A stretch of 64,000 bases of DNA, from NCBI GenBank assembly GCA_023819145.1, contig JAMWCW010000001.1, forward strand, positions 2,400-66,399. Reading direction: 5' to 3'. This DNA comes from Candidatus Omnitrophota bacterium. Its GTDB lineage: Bacteria > Omnitrophota > Gorgyraeia > DTHP01. A model generated the notes under the pieces. That model made no database searches and was not told the DNA's origin. It was given only the letters and a program-made list of their open reading frames with translations. Numbering within the stretch: position 1 is the first letter of the stretch; each line of letters opens with the position of its first letter. This document shows, in pieces, positions 15,921 through 26,500 of the stretch. A program made the translations under genes and the position numbers.

Positions 15921-18503
15921 ATGGATTATTTTTCTATAAAAAAAAGTAGTTTCTGGCTATGTTTAGTCTTCTTACTTTTGTCTCTAAAGGAATTAAGTGC
16001 CTTTATCGGCGTTGGTGATGATAATCTTTATAATATTTCTGCTACAAGTGGTGATTATTACCAAGTTGTAAGTCCTGCAGTTACTTCTTTGTTTCAACGG
16101 GCAAAAACAGAAATCTTTCCCCCTGTATTTAGTGATACTTTAGCTGCTTCCATTGGTATTATAACACAATACAGTTGGAAGAGTTTTCCCGATAATCCCA
16201 ATCAGAGTATTTCCGCAGTATACGACTATGACCCCTATTTTGGTGCGCTTCCTATTTTGCGTATTGATTATGATGTTTCTTCTTACTCCGCAGGAGTATT
16301 TAACGGTTATGCCTTAAAAATTAATACACAGGATTTTTCGCAAGATTTTTATAACCCTATTGTTTTCTATATTCGCGGTGACCCGACATTAGGGTTTACC
16401 CGGAGGTTGAAGATAGAATTTAAAAATAGCCGTGGCAAAGTAGGTTCATATATCATTGAGGGAATTAGTGAAAACTGGCAGAAGATTACTATTGATAAAA
16501 CCCGCGTAGGCAGAGATTTTTCCTTTAGAAGCGATTGGCAGGATATAGAAGAGATAGTTCTGGTATTTGAAGAATGGGGAGTTACTGCGCAGGAGGGAAG
16601 AATATATTTAGCAGGATTTACTTATCCTGAATCCTGGCAGGTTGCTTCTGCAGTAGAAAATATTTACGCAGAATTGAGCCTTCTTTCTCCTGATGAACAA
16701 CAAAGAGTGCTTTCGCAGATTGTTGGTCCGGGGGTAGCCTATAGTTTCAAACCTTTAGATATCGCATCCATAAAAAATTGGATTTTATCTTCTCAAGAGC
16801 ACATTGCTAACGATAGCGGAATTTACTCCTTGAACCAGATGCTTAGAAGTTTAGGTTCTCATACTCCTTCTTTTTCTGATTTAAGAATTGCGGGGGTAGT
16901 CTCTTCCCTGCTGGCAGGGAAAGAGGGAAGAGGAGGGTATAATTCTTCTTTATATGACTTATACCGTTCTGCACAGCTAAACGGTCATCCGATTTATGCA
17001 TTTAGACTTCCTAATTTTTCCGCCTTGGAAGATTTCTTTAACAAAACAGGTAAAATTCCCCTTGTTGCCGAGTTAAAGACTGGAGAGTTTGTCCTCTTAA
17101 ATGGATTTGAGAGAGGCGGGTTTCTCTGGCTAACCAAATTTGTCAAATTTGATTGCTTGGGTGAAGAGGTAACGATGAGCGAACAAGAGTTTACTCAACT
17201 CTGGACAGGTAACATTCTTAGTTTAAGAACTGCCTCTTCCTATCAGCCGTTAGCCAATGAAGAGGTTTTTCAAGGAACAAGTATAACTTCCTATATTGTA
17301 GAAGAAATGTTAGAGAGAGCAAAAGAACTTTCTAATACAGCATATCACCCTCCAGAGATAAAGCCCGTGAGTGTGCTTGACCCTCCTCTTTATGGTCGTC
17401 CTGAGGCAGAGGGTTTAGTTTATCAGGAATATCTGGCTATCGGAGGAGACAAATTTTATGATGATGGTTTGTGGTGGTTTCAAGCAAGACCGCGGGGAAG
17501 TCAAAATAAACTTCCGCTTAAGGTATTCTTGTATGACCCGAAAAGTCTTCGTTATAGTGAAGTTCCTTATGATTTTAATCGCTATAATTATTCTCGTGCT
17601 ACACCGCCAATTACCTATGTTCCTCCAGAAGGGAGGTATATTACTGCTTTAGATATTGGACACATTCTGGTATCAGGAAGTTTTCCCCAGTTTTTTACCA
17701 TTGGTGGGGATGGTTACATGCGTTTTGTGCCTTTGACAGAAGGTAGGGAAATGGGAGCATCTTTCCGAGTAGCTGGGCAAAACATTACCCACTCCCGGCA
17801 GGGAGGGGATCCTTACGATGAGAGTTTTCCTATTGTCAGGGAATTGTATGTGAAAAAGGTTTCGGAGAGCGTTATCAATCTCGTTGCCCTCGTGGATGCT
17901 GAGGGTTTTACCGGGGTTTTAGATATGTATCTCTATCCTCAGGAAATAACCCGTATGGAGGTAGATGCTCGGTTTTTTATGCGACGCGATATGCTAATTT
18001 CCCAGGAGCCAGATACAGGTTTTGCGGGGTTTAGCAGTATGTTTTTCTTGGGCGATGAAAAAAATGACGCAATGATTGGAGAAGTACGTCATACTCCTTG
18101 GAATCCTTATGATGAAGCCCATGATTCCGATTATTTAGTGGTGCATTTTGCGGATGGGAGTAGGGTTGAGCAACTAATTAATAGACCCTTCGAAGCAGGA
18201 AGGGTAGATAGATACGACTTTTCTAAGCCCGATACAGAAATTGTGGGGTTTTCTTTGCAACAGAGAGATAGAAATCCCAGCCACTACCGTGCTTTTCCTA
18301 CCTCTGATTATACTAATCGTCCATCTTTTGATTTAAGAGTGCCTTCCTCCAACATTCCTCTTAGTGTAAAACTCTATGAGATATCTACCGATAACGAGTA
18401 TGTAGATAATATAGTCGCTTTTTTGACCATGGGGAGGAGTTTATACCGTGGAGAAGAAGTACATATAAGATATGAGGTAACCGCTTATGATTACCCGGGA
18501 TAA
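15921..18503 (+). CDS. secreted 860-aa protein: N-terminal CBM/CIA30-like module + possible C39-like (papain-fold) domain
   Basis: Signal peptide 'FWLCLVFLLLSLKELSA'. Module 'FNGYALKINTQDF...KVGSYIIEGISENWQKITI...EEIVLVFEEW...QEGRIYLAGF'. Mid-region 'GEFVLLNGFERGGFLWLTKF...EVTMSEQEFTQLWTGNILSL' resembles the C39-like pattern seen in the ORFs at 60918 and 62579. Confidence 0.4.
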   Translation: MDYFSIKKSSFWLCLVFLLLSLKELSAFIGVGDDNLYNISATSGDYYQVVSPAVTSLFQRAKTEIFPPVFSDTLAASIGIITQYSWKSFPDNPNQSISAVYDYDPYFGALPILRIDYDVSSYSAGVFNGYALKINTQDFSQDFYNPIVFYIRGDPTLGFTRRLKIEFKNSRGKVGSYIIEGISENWQKITIDKTRVGRDFSFRSDWQDIEEIVLVFEEWGVTAQEGRIYLAGFTYPESWQVASAVENIYAELSLLSPDEQQRVLSQIVGPGVAYSFKPLDIASIKNWILSSQEHIANDSGIYSLNQMLRSLGSHTPSFSDLRIAGVVSSLLAGKEGRGGYNSSLYDLYRSAQLNGHPIYAFRLPNFSALEDFFNKTGKIPLVAELKTGEFVLLNGFERGGFLWLTKFVKFDCLGEEVTMSEQEFTQLWTGNILSLRTASSYQPLANEEVFQGTSITSYIVEEMLERAKELSNTAYHPPEIKPVSVLDPPLYGRPEAEGLVYQEYLAIGGDKFYDDGLWWFQARPRGSQNKLPLKVFLYDPKSLRYSEVPYDFNRYNYSRATPPITYVPPEGRYITALDIGHILVSGSFPQFFTIGGDGYMRFVPLTEGREMGASFRVAGQNITHSRQGGDPYDESFPIVRELYVKKVSESVINLVALVDAEGFTGVLDMYLYPQEITRMEVDARFFMRRDMLISQEPDTGFAGFSSMFFLGDEKNDAMIGEVRHTPWNPYDEAHDSDYLVVHFADGSRVEQLINRPFEAGRVDRYDFSKPDTEIVGFSLQQRDRNPSHYRAFPTSDYTNRPSFDLRVPSSNIPLSVKLYEISTDNEYVDNIVAFLTMGRSLYRGEEVHIRYEVTAYDYPG

Positions 18504-20355
18504 ATTGGGGATTGTGGTCTTAATTTTTGGTCTGTTAGTCGGAGAGGGTGAGGCTTTTTATCTGGGAAAGAGTAATGATTATAATCTTCCTCCCGCAGGG
18601 GAGACTACGACTTTTATGCAGGCTAAGAGTGAAATACCGGCGATAACAAATGCCGCCTTACCTGATGTCTTAACCGATACAGATGGTTCCTTGGGGATTG
18701 ATGCTCCTTACTGCAAATATATTTTAATTTATAACCTTACTCCTTTTTACATTGCGTTGGACGATAATTTAAGCCGAATAATTGATAGTGCTTTAACGAA
18801 TTTTGGCATTGAGGACATAAGGTCCTATCTTTCTGCTTATAACTTAGAAATAATAGATTTAAGGTCAGCAATATTCCTCCTTTTAAAATCTCCATACTAC
18901 GTTAACGGTAACCTTGCCCTTCCCGATGAGGCACTTTCTGGTTTAGATTCAAGAACAAGTGCACTCTTTTTGCTTGCCCAAGAATTATCACAAATGATTC
19001 CTTATGCGGATAAAGAATATATTCGTAATTTTAATGTTTCTATTGTTGAACCTGATATAAAATTAGGGCTATCTTATGAGAAGATAAAAAGCGTATTTCT
19101 TCAAGTCCGTCAACAGAAGATATTAGAGGGAAAAGTTGATTATGGTGTGTTTTATAAATATAAAGATGAGATAGAGCGAGCAGTAGTTTCCGCAATTGCC
19201 GGTTTTAATTATTCATCAGATCGTTTTCATCTCCTCTCTGAAGAGATTACGCCTCAGGCAAAAAATGATTTTTATAATCGGATTAGATTCTGGTTAAAGA
19301 CGCAGGAATACATTCCACCTGAGATATTTTCTCTTGTTGAGGATAAGGCAAAGGAATTATTTGATTCTCTTCGAATTAAGAAAGGGCTATTTCCTACAAG
19401 CCCCTGGCAGGGAGAGATTGCCCAGATCTATCGCCTTTTTGGAGGCGAGATTCCCAATCAACTTGAGCGGGGGAAACTCTCTCCTTTTGCTGACTGGGGT
19501 GAGGATATTTATAAGCGTCTCTGGGATATTTCCAGTAATATTGAAAAAGCGTATTCTTCCTTTGGCGTTTTGCTTAAAGGTCCAGATATGACTTTGGAGC
19601 AGTTAAAGACAAAAATAGATTCTCTTGGTCCTGCAATTGTCGGTATAAATAGGGAAGGTAGAAAAGATTTTGTCAAGGTTTTAGAAATTTTCTCGCCGGA
19701 TAAAGGGGAAGGCACAGTAACTTGTCAAGATGCAAATGGAAATGTTTTTGCTCTATTGCTTGGTGAATTTTTTACTTATTGGGACAGGTTTGTTTACATT
19801 CCTGAAGAAAAAAGTATTTCGGCTTCGGTAATTTCTGATTTTGATTTTTCAAATGATAGATTTGGTTTAATTAAAGGTTATGGCCAGTGGACGATTAATG
19901 AATTTGATGATTTAAAGGCAAAAATTGGTATAAACACAAATATTCCTTTATCATCCACTTTACCTTATTTTTATACCCAATATCAGATTGGGGGAGAGAA
20001 AACTTACAAATATGCTGGCTATTTCCAGACTGGCATATGGCTTACTTTTAAAGAAGACATAAAGTCGCTATTATTACGGGGCAGTGCCTTAAGTTTTGAT
20101 GCTTATGTTTCCGCTTATCCAGGAATTAAGTATGTAAGGATAGAACTGAAAGAAGATGAAACAGGAAGAATAATTAGTGAATTCATCATCCCCCGCGAAC
20201 GCCTCAATTTAGCAAACTGGAATACTTTTAAGATTCCCATTCACTATTATCCTGCGGGAACATTAGTGCTTACTTTGGGGGTAATCGGAACCTATCCCGG
20301 TCTTTACGCCCCCCAGAACCATTTTCTGGCGATTGACCGCCTTTATATTGAATAG
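18487..20355 (+). CDS. secreted 622-aa protein with C-terminal CBM/CIA30-like module
   Basis: Start overlaps the previous stop by 17 nt. Signal peptide 'LGIVVLIFGLLVGEGEA'. C-terminal module '...YVRIELKEDETGRIISEFIIP...NWNTFKIPI...LVLTLGV...HFLAIDRLYIE'. Confidence 0.4.
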   Translation: MITRDKLGIVVLIFGLLVGEGEAFYLGKSNDYNLPPAGETTTFMQAKSEIPAITNAALPDVLTDTDGSLGIDAPYCKYILIYNLTPFYIALDDNLSRIIDSALTNFGIEDIRSYLSAYNLEIIDLRSAIFLLLKSPYYVNGNLALPDEALSGLDSRTSALFLLAQELSQMIPYADKEYIRNFNVSIVEPDIKLGLSYEKIKSVFLQVRQQKILEGKVDYGVFYKYKDEIERAVVSAIAGFNYSSDRFHLLSEEITPQAKNDFYNRIRFWLKTQEYIPPEIFSLVEDKAKELFDSLRIKKGLFPTSPWQGEIAQIYRLFGGEIPNQLERGKLSPFADWGEDIYKRLWDISSNIEKAYSSFGVLLKGPDMTLEQLKTKIDSLGPAIVGINREGRKDFVKVLEIFSPDKGEGTVTCQDANGNVFALLLGEFFTYWDRFVYIPEEKSISASVISDFDFSNDRFGLIKGYGQWTINEFDDLKAKIGINTNIPLSSTLPYFYTQYQIGGEKTYKYAGYFQTGIWLTFKEDIKSLLLRGSALSFDAYVSAYPGIKYVRIELKEDETGRIISEFIIPRERLNLANWNTFKIPIHYYPAGTLVLTLGVIGTYPGLYAPQNHFLAIDRLYIE

Positions 20356-20387
20356 AAAAACAAAAGCGAAAAAAAATCTTCCCTCCC

Positions 20388-20416
20388 TTGACGATTGGCA
20401 AAAAATATGCTACATC
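20388..20416 (+). promoter_or_regulatory. possible promoter upstream of giant gene (TTGACG, 17 nt, TGcTACATC)
   Basis: Good -35, weak -10. Confidence 0.3.
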
Positions 20417-20557
20417 TTATATGGAAAATAAAAAATTAAAAACATACATAATTATTACCTTATGGCTAAAAGGTAGAAAATGAAATATTTATTTTATATA
20501 AAAATTGCACTAGACAATTCCCTAGCGTATTTAAGGGAGGAAAGGGAGGAAAAACGG

Positions 20558-23500
20558 ATGAAAAATTTGGCAAAGAAAATAATTAGCTTACTACTCGTGG
20601 AATTATTCTTATTTTCTCAGACAAATTTTGGACTTACAACTCTTTTATCACCTCCACCACAACATTTATCAGTAAATAATAATCAAGATAATCAAACTCT
20701 CTTATTACCACCACCTCTTTGTGTTGATCAACAGTCATCTTTTCCCTCTTCTGTGGTGAATATACCTGAGGAGAGGATTAGAGCAGAACTTAAACCTTTG
20801 ATTGAAAAATATCTTGAAGATACCAATAGATCGTTGAATGATTTGAATACTGTAGTTAATAATTTCAGCTATTTAGTAATAGGAGGAGATGATGGTTTAG
20901 ACCTTTTCGCCTTAGAGGAAGTAAAAGCCATATTAGAAGACTCTCTTACACGACAACTAGAAACCCCTTTAGCTCAGTTTTTAGGAAAAGCTGTGCTTGA
21001 TTTAAGCCAGCGCGAAGCGGTAGTTAAACTTTCTGCCTGGAGTGGTTTATATAAAGCGGTAGGAGGATTTTTAAACAGGGACTTAAAATTAGAAGATATA
21101 AAAGACCAAAAAGCGCTCAATGATTTTGCTTTGCTGATAGCAGAAAAAGGCTATGCTTTGGGGGGTATAAAAAGGGTTTTGGGAGATGAGAAGGTAAAAG
21201 CACTTTATAGTTTAGAGGAAATATGCAATCTGCTTTCCCAGTTGCGCGGAGGCGAAACAACCTTGACCTTATTACAGGCGTTAAACGGAAATTTGCCCTC
21301 AATAAACAATTTTACTCCTTTTTCAGCAATCCCAACTGGTTATGAAGGAGGATTCAGTTTATCAGGTAGCCGGCGTAGTCCAGCTGATGCGGAGATTGGA
21401 TTTATTGTGCCTTCCCTGGAGTTAACAAATATTGCCTTCAAGATAAAGATAGATTTAGAAGAAGGTAGTGTTATGCCCGCAGTTAAATTAGAACTGGTTG
21501 ATGCCCAGGGTAATAAAGCGACTACTACCTTAGATGAGGTTACAGATTCGGGTAAGGAATATACAATAAGTAGAGACAGAGATGATTTTAAAATAGATCT
21601 AATAACTACAGCATTTGACTGGAGTAAGATAGAACGAGTTAGCTTATTTTTAGTTACCGGTGGAAGTTCTCAAGGAAAAATAACCTTGAGTGGATTGGAC
21701 GCTTTTTTACTTAGAGAAAAAAAAGAAGAGGTGTTATCAGCCGAGAAAATAAACTTTTTACTTAATTATGGGCTTTTGGGACTTAAGAAATGGGAGTTAC
21801 CTCTGGATATAGAGTTTATCAAATACATCGGTCAACTTTTAGACCATGAAACTACACGGAAAATGGTGGCTAACTGGATGGCGGTTCTACCTTATGCTCC
21901 TCAGCTCATTTGGCGTGATTTGTTTATGGAGGGTTGGAATATTAAGGATGAAGGCATCTTGGGCTATCTTACACTTACTGCCTTAGAGAGGACCGGGAAG
22001 AATAAACTCAGTCCCGCAGAGATATTGGCGACCATTCAATCCCTCGTAAGTGAATTTGAAAAGGGTGATTTTGGGATAAGCGAGGATAGGGTCTTGGTGC
22101 AATTAATGGAGAATGCTTTGGGAAGAAAACTTGATTTTAAATCTTATATGGATGTTATGGCATACCGCTACTGGAGTAAATTAAGAGATTTATTGGGTCA
22201 GGAATTTGTTAGCGAAAAATTAAACAGCCGTAGTTTGGCTAAGAGCTTTCCAAAACTTGGAGATAAAATCGAACTCATAAGAAGATTAGCTTCGGCAATA
22301 GGATTTGATATAAAACTTATGACATCTAATCCTGATACTTGGGATTGGTTCTGGAAAGAAATGGCAATAGGCACCTCCCCAGATATGATTGTGGATATAA
22401 TTTGGGGAGGTTTTGTCTTTAAAGAATTACTCGAAGGAACTCTCTGGATAGGCGAAATAGATGTGCACCATCATATCGAACAGCCTTTCTGGAGATATTT
22501 TGTGGAATATCTTCCTTATTCCGGAGCTTCCAAAGAGCAGGTAGTGAAATTTATTTTAGAAAAATACCGAAATTTACCTTATGATTCGGTAGCAGTGGGT
22601 TTCCCGGAAGTAGCTTCCTACGGAATTACTACTGCAGGTAGAACTTCCTATAATGTAGAGGCGCAAGGTCATCCTTTTACCGCGGATGAAACTAAGAGAA
22701 TGCTTTTGCTTTATCCAGCGATAAACCAGTTACTTTCCCAATTAATCGGTCTTCCTCAGCAAACCGCGCCTGTTTTGAGCATTAGAAGTTTCTTCACCGA
22801 TGAGCTTGATAGGTTGTTAAATTATTTTCTGGAAGCGCGGGATTTCTCCAGCGGAGCGATGGCTGATGCCTTGAGTGGAGTAGATAATTCTACGGCTGCC
22901 GGAGGATTTTTAGTGATGGCGGCAATCATTGCTGCAGAAGTGGGGAAGATATCAAAAGATGAGGCTAATAAGATTATTGGTAATTTCGTAAAATTTATCT
23001 CCGTGACCCAGAAGATGCATGGTTTGCTTTCCCATTATACACGGGGAGGAACAGCAGAGCGTGCAGGAAATTCAGAGTTTTCACTTATTGATACTTATTT
23101 AGCAGTTTCCGCACTCATTGCTTACCGAAATTGGCAAGGTGCAGAACCTGAAGTAGTAAAAGCAATTAACGCTTTTTTAGGTGCGGTTCAACTGGAAGCA
23201 TTGCAGGTACAGGCTAGAACGACAGGACTAATGGCCCGGGGTGGTATTTTGAACTTTGGGGTTACACCCGAAAGGGGTTTTACCGGAGGAATAGTAGATT
23301 TTTATAACGAATATATTCTCTGCTATCTTATTGCCATTGGTCAGACAGATAATCCAAATTTTGCCAGAGATATGGCTTTTTGGTTCTATAAAGGCATCAC
23401 CCGTAAACAGGGAAGCGGTGTTTCGGAAGAAGCATTTACTTATCCCTTTGAGAACTCGCTGTTTCAGTTTCAATATCCTTTGGTTTTTCTGCCGATGATG

Positions 23501-26500
23501 TTTTTAAGCGACATTGGTAGTGAATTCGGCACAACTGACTTGAATCATTTTCGTAACGCCGTAAGCGCCTTTTTAAATACCCATGCCACTGCGGTTAAGG
23601 AAGGAGATAAATTTCGCTCTTTTAACTATCATTCTTGGGCGATGAATGCTTCCGCTGCTTTAGCGAGTTATTATTCAATGGTTATAGGGATGCCTCCCCG
23701 GGATAAAGATGGAGGGAAGAGTTATTATGATGGTACTATTTCTCCCAATGCTACCTTTGGCGGTTTGCCGTTTATGCCTTATCTTTCTTACCAATCTCTG
23801 CGCTATTTGACACTTGCTTTTCCCCAGGCACAGGGTAGATATGGGTTTGTGGATTCGCTAAATCCCGAAAGAAACTGGTTTTCTCCCACCTATTTCAGTT
23901 TAGGTCAGGGGCTTGCTTTAATGGGTATCTGGGATACGCTTAATTACGGAAGATTAGACCGGGAATCTGCCTGGAGCCTAAATTTAAGAGATAAATTCTA
24001 CCTAAAATCTTTGTTTGAATTAGGATTTAGAGAAGATTTAAGCCCGCAGTTTAGTGCAGTATATCAAGAGCTAATAAACGGTGCTTTAGGGATAGAGGAA
24101 GCAGTCAAGGCGATAGTTACGGAAAAGGATTATGCTGTTCTTCGGGAATATCTTACCAGTAAAGGATTAGATACTACTGTTTTGCTTCAGAAATGGCAGG
24201 AAATTGGTCCTTGGGGTTCAAGTTTAGAAAGAGGGGCAGTTATTTCCTTTATTCGGTCTAAAATCGCCGATGGCAGATTGGATAATGCCGAGATTCAGGA
24301 AATTCTGAGGCAAGCAAGGAGTATTGCTGATTACAACCTCATTGCCGAAGTGCTTTTGGGTGACCCTCAAAAAAACAATGGTTTAATGCAATGGGCATAT
24401 GATAAAGAGAGGAATATCTATAAATTAAAATCCGATGAAGGTAGCCCTAACTATCTTCTGTTTCCGCTTCTAATGCAGTTGAGAATAGAACAGACCAAAT
24501 TGACTTTGAGTAATGTTTTCTCCGAACCGGAGATAGTTGGCAAACAAGGCCTTGACCTTGCTCAAGCCTATCTGGATAAGGTAGAAGAAATTGCTCGCGC
24601 TGCCCAATTACCTGATGAACGGGCAATTTTTGCTTTTCAACATTTTACAGAGAAGGCAGAAGGATATTATGCAAAAGCGATTGAGATATTGCAGGGTTTA
24701 ATTGATGGTAAGATTGATTCTTTAGAGGAAGTTAGAGCCCAAGCACTATTATTTACCGCTTACAAGAAAAACTGGCAATATGACCAGCAGAAAGAAGCAT
24801 TTAAACTCTTAGCCCAGGCAGTAGAGGGTAATGTTACTTTTAGGACAGAGGCAATAGATATTATCGCCTCTTATTTTGGTAGAGAAATTCTTGCTGATTA
24901 TTACCAAGCATGGGTCCATCCCCAAAAAGCTCTTACTTCAGAACAGGAGACAAAAGTAAAGGAGGCGATAGCCACTGCTCTGCAATATCCTGACCCCGAT
25001 AATCCTCCTGCTGGGAAAAGTTATGTAGATGTTTTGCTTAATAATAAGATTTCCCTTATCTTTTTTAGGGAAAAATACTTAAGGCAGCCGGTAGTTATCA
25101 ATCCTTATGATGCTACGCAGGCCGGGCAGATAGGCTATTTTGTAACTCAATTGTTCACCAAAGGGGCAAGCGAAGAGCAAATAGTGGGAATGTTGACCGA
25201 GATGCTCAGGTATAAACCTTTGGTAGAATCTGTTTTGGGAAGGGAATTAGACCTTCAGAATAACCGCAATGATTTATATTTGCTTTCCTTAGCGGTTGCA
25301 CTTTCTCTACAAAATCTTCCTGAAGCGCGCATTGCAGAAATTATCGGAGGGACTATAGTTTCTCCAGAGAATTTAGAAACGGCAATTGCAGCGGTTCAGA
25401 ATTTTATGCTTGCCCGAGATTTAAGGGCTTTTGTGGATAAAACCTTACAGCTTTCTCGCTATCTGAGAAATAAAGAAAATGTTCAGATTGCTTTTGATCC
25501 TCTATTAGGAAAGTTTTTGGGACAGGATTTGCCCACAGAAAAATGGACCGATTTTCTTATAGATATCTTGACTGTAGATAATATAGAGGAATATTTGACT
25601 TACAAGGTCATTGGGGAATTAAATAAGATTGAAAAGATAAATATTGAAAAAAACGCTTTTTATGAAAGGAGGACAACCCGCTATCGCTATAAAGATGCCT
25701 ATTTTGGTGACAATACCAATCTGGATTTGGAAAATGAAAGGGTAAGAGAAATACTTGATAAGGCTTTTATTATTAAAGCGGAATTAGAGGCTATCTATCA
25801 AACTATAATAAATGTAGAAGAATCATCTCTTGACCATCTTTTACTTACTTCTTTGGTACGGCTATCTTTAGATTCAAAAGTGAATATAGAGGAGTTATTA
25901 GGCTCATTTACTGCTACATTGAGAAGTAAAGGTATGGTTGAGGAAAAAGCGCAGAAAATCTTTCTTACCTTTATTTTACCCAATATGCCTTTGAGTTTAA
26001 TAAGCAGAGAAGGTTTTGAACAGTATGTAGCAGATGTTGTTCAATTGGCAGGAGAACTGCGTCTTTCTCTTTCAACTGCAAAAGATTTAGCCGTGGTTTC
26101 AAGTATAGTTAATCTTAAATATGCGGGGATAGAGAGTATTCCTCAAGATATAAAAGAATTATCAGTCCACTACCAAGCCCTTTTGCGGAGTCCGAAATTA
26201 GCCGATTTAAGAACTGCCCTTGGCCCTTGGGCAGGAGTAGTTTTGCCCGAGTTAGAGCGGATATTGGGCATAGATTTAACCCTTGCTACTGGAGAACAAA
26301 TTTCCCAAGCAAAGCAGTGGCTTAATGTTTTAACCCTGCCTGAATTTTCTCAAGTAGCTTCTGCGGATATAGATTTTCTTAAGGTCTGGGCGAATATTGC
26401 GAAAGAAGCAAAAATTATTGCCCAACTAAGAAAAGAATTAGAAGGATTTAAAGATTCTGCCATTAGGTTCTTGGAACAATATGTTCTCGGTGAAACCTTC

